The notes under the pieces were generated by a model. That model saw nothing but the letters and a program-made list of their open reading frames with translations, searched no databases and was not told the DNA's origin. Shown here in pieces: positions 62,400 to 64,000 of a stretch of DNA of 64,000 nt. Every line of letters begins with the position of its first letter. The first letter of the stretch is position 1. The position numbers were made by a program, and so were the translations under genes. Origin of the DNA: Octopus sinensis (lineage: Eukaryota); NCBI RefSeq assembly GCF_006345805.1, contig NC_043013.1:12586001-12650000 (forward strand). Reading direction: 5' to 3'.

Positions 62400-63090
62400 T
62401 GTTTTAATTTTTTCTTTCCCTTCCCCGTTCCTCATCCACTTCACCCTCCACTCCTCCATCCTCTTCCTCCTCCACTGCTGCCTCCCCTTCTTCTTCTTCC
62501 CCCTCCCCCTCCTCCTCCCCGCCCCTTCACCCTCTCTTCTTCCTCCTTCCTCCTCCTCCCCTCCTCCACCCCTGCACCCTCTCTTCTCCCCTCCACCCCT
62601 CCTCCTATTTCTTCTTCCTCCTACCTCCTCTTCTCTCCTTTCCCCTCCTCCTCCTCCCCACCTTCCCTTTACCCTCTATTCTTCCTCCTCTTCCTACCTC
62701 TATCTCCTCTTCTCCCCTCCTCTCCCCTCCTCTCCCCTCCTCCTCCTCCTCCCATTCACCCTCTCATCTTCCTCCTCTTCTCTCCCCTCCTCCCCTCTTT
62801 CTCCACCTCTCCCTCCTCCACCTCCCCTTCACCCTCCTCCCATCCTCATCCATCTCCGCTTCACTCTCTCTTCTTCATCCTTTTCATCCTCCCCTCCCCA
62901 TTCTCTGTCTCTTCATCCTCCTCCACTTTTTCTTCGTCCTCCTATTCTTCCTCATCCTCATTTTCCTCACCCCTCTACTTCATCCTCCACTTCCTCCGTC
63001 TCCTTCTCTTCATCCACTTCCTCCTCCTTTTCTTTCTCCTCTTCATCCTCCTCTTCATCATCATCATCGTCGTCATCATCATCATTATCA
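62400..63090. repeat. Polypyrimidine (CCT/CTT/CAT) tract
   Basis: About 650 bp almost purely C/T on the plus strand. Confidence 0.9.
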
Positions 63091-63228
63091 TCAACGAAAA
63101 CGCTCAAGGAGAGAACGAGAAGTAGTTGCTTACGTAGTCTGTGGATCTGCTAGAAAGAACAGCGAAGTCGCCTTTTAATCACATCCTACAGCCTTAATAA
63201 AGAAGACCACGCTGAATATGTATGTATG

Positions 63229-63262
<34 letters not shown>

Positions 63263-64000
63263 TATATGTATGTATATATGGATGGATGGATGGATAGATG
63301 GATGGATAGATGGTTGTGTGGCTGGCTGAATAGATGGATATCTCAATGGCTAGTCGGCTGTCTGTCTGCTGACTGGCTGGCTGGCTGGCTGGCTGGCGAG
63401 TTGGATGGCTTGTTGTTAGATAAGTGGGAGGATGGACGGATAACCGGATGGATGTAATGGTTGGATGGTCGGTCGGCGGGTAGATTGACTTGGATATGCT
63501 TTGGTGGATGTTTAATCGTTGTTTGGTATTAGTCCTAATAGTGTTTGCGGCGGTGATGAGGATGGCAGTGATGAGGATGGCGGTGATGAGGATGGCGGTG
63601 GTGGTGGTGATAGTAATGATGGTGATGTTAATGGTGGTGATGGTAGTAGTAGTACCAATGGCGGCAGTAATAGTAGTAGTGGTGGTGGTAGTGGTAGTGG
63701 TGGGGGTGATGGGGCAACGGGGTGAGTGATGTTGTTAGTCGTGGTGATGATGGTGATAACCTTTGTTTCGTCGTTGTTTTTTTAGCTTATTTTTTATAGC
63801 CCCAGGTCAGACCTAATCGTGCAAGTCAATGCTCAAAGCCATTCCATCCATGATCATCCCATAATTTTTAGGCATTGTTTATTTGAGACTACATTATCGA
63901 ATATATCCTTCATATAGTTTTATGACGACAGGGTGTAATCTGAGTGAAATTTGGCTGCTATTTCTAGCAGATCGTATAAATCATAATAGTTAATTATTAC

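Overview
A gene-poor, repeat-saturated 64 kb eukaryotic window. The microsatellite density and SINE types strongly suggest an octopus (coleoid cephalopod) genome; this is inferred, not database-confirmed. I found no confident host protein-coding gene, rRNA, true tRNA gene or CRISPR array, and most long ORFs in the track are translations of microsatellites. Recognisable content: many tRNA-derived SINEs of several modular families, R4/Dong-like REL non-LTR 3' fragments embedded in (TAA)n, a young 5'-truncated RTE LINE with a PHD finger inside the RT region, an old Jockey/I-like RT remnant, Penelope-like (PLE) GIY-YIG fragments, one full-length defective mariner, two mariner deletion derivatives, a Tc1, two DD37D/maT-like fragments, a Helitron 3' end and a hAT-type MITE. 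Main discovery candidate: a three-copy mobile element made of a Pol III tRNA-like head, a variable trinucleotide microsatellite and a PLE-type tail carrying a minimal type I hammerhead ribozyme (39.0, 45.4 and 54.1 kb). At 45.4 kb an 8-bp target-site duplication splits an old LINE RT, and removing the element restores the ILKPNK motif. A second family carries an atypical hammerhead-like core (43.8 kb). The commonest SINE shows fold-back and fixed-junction tandem structures reminiscent of PLE integration. Together these suggest a PLE-driven, retrozyme-like SINE system. Novelty could not be checked without database searches.
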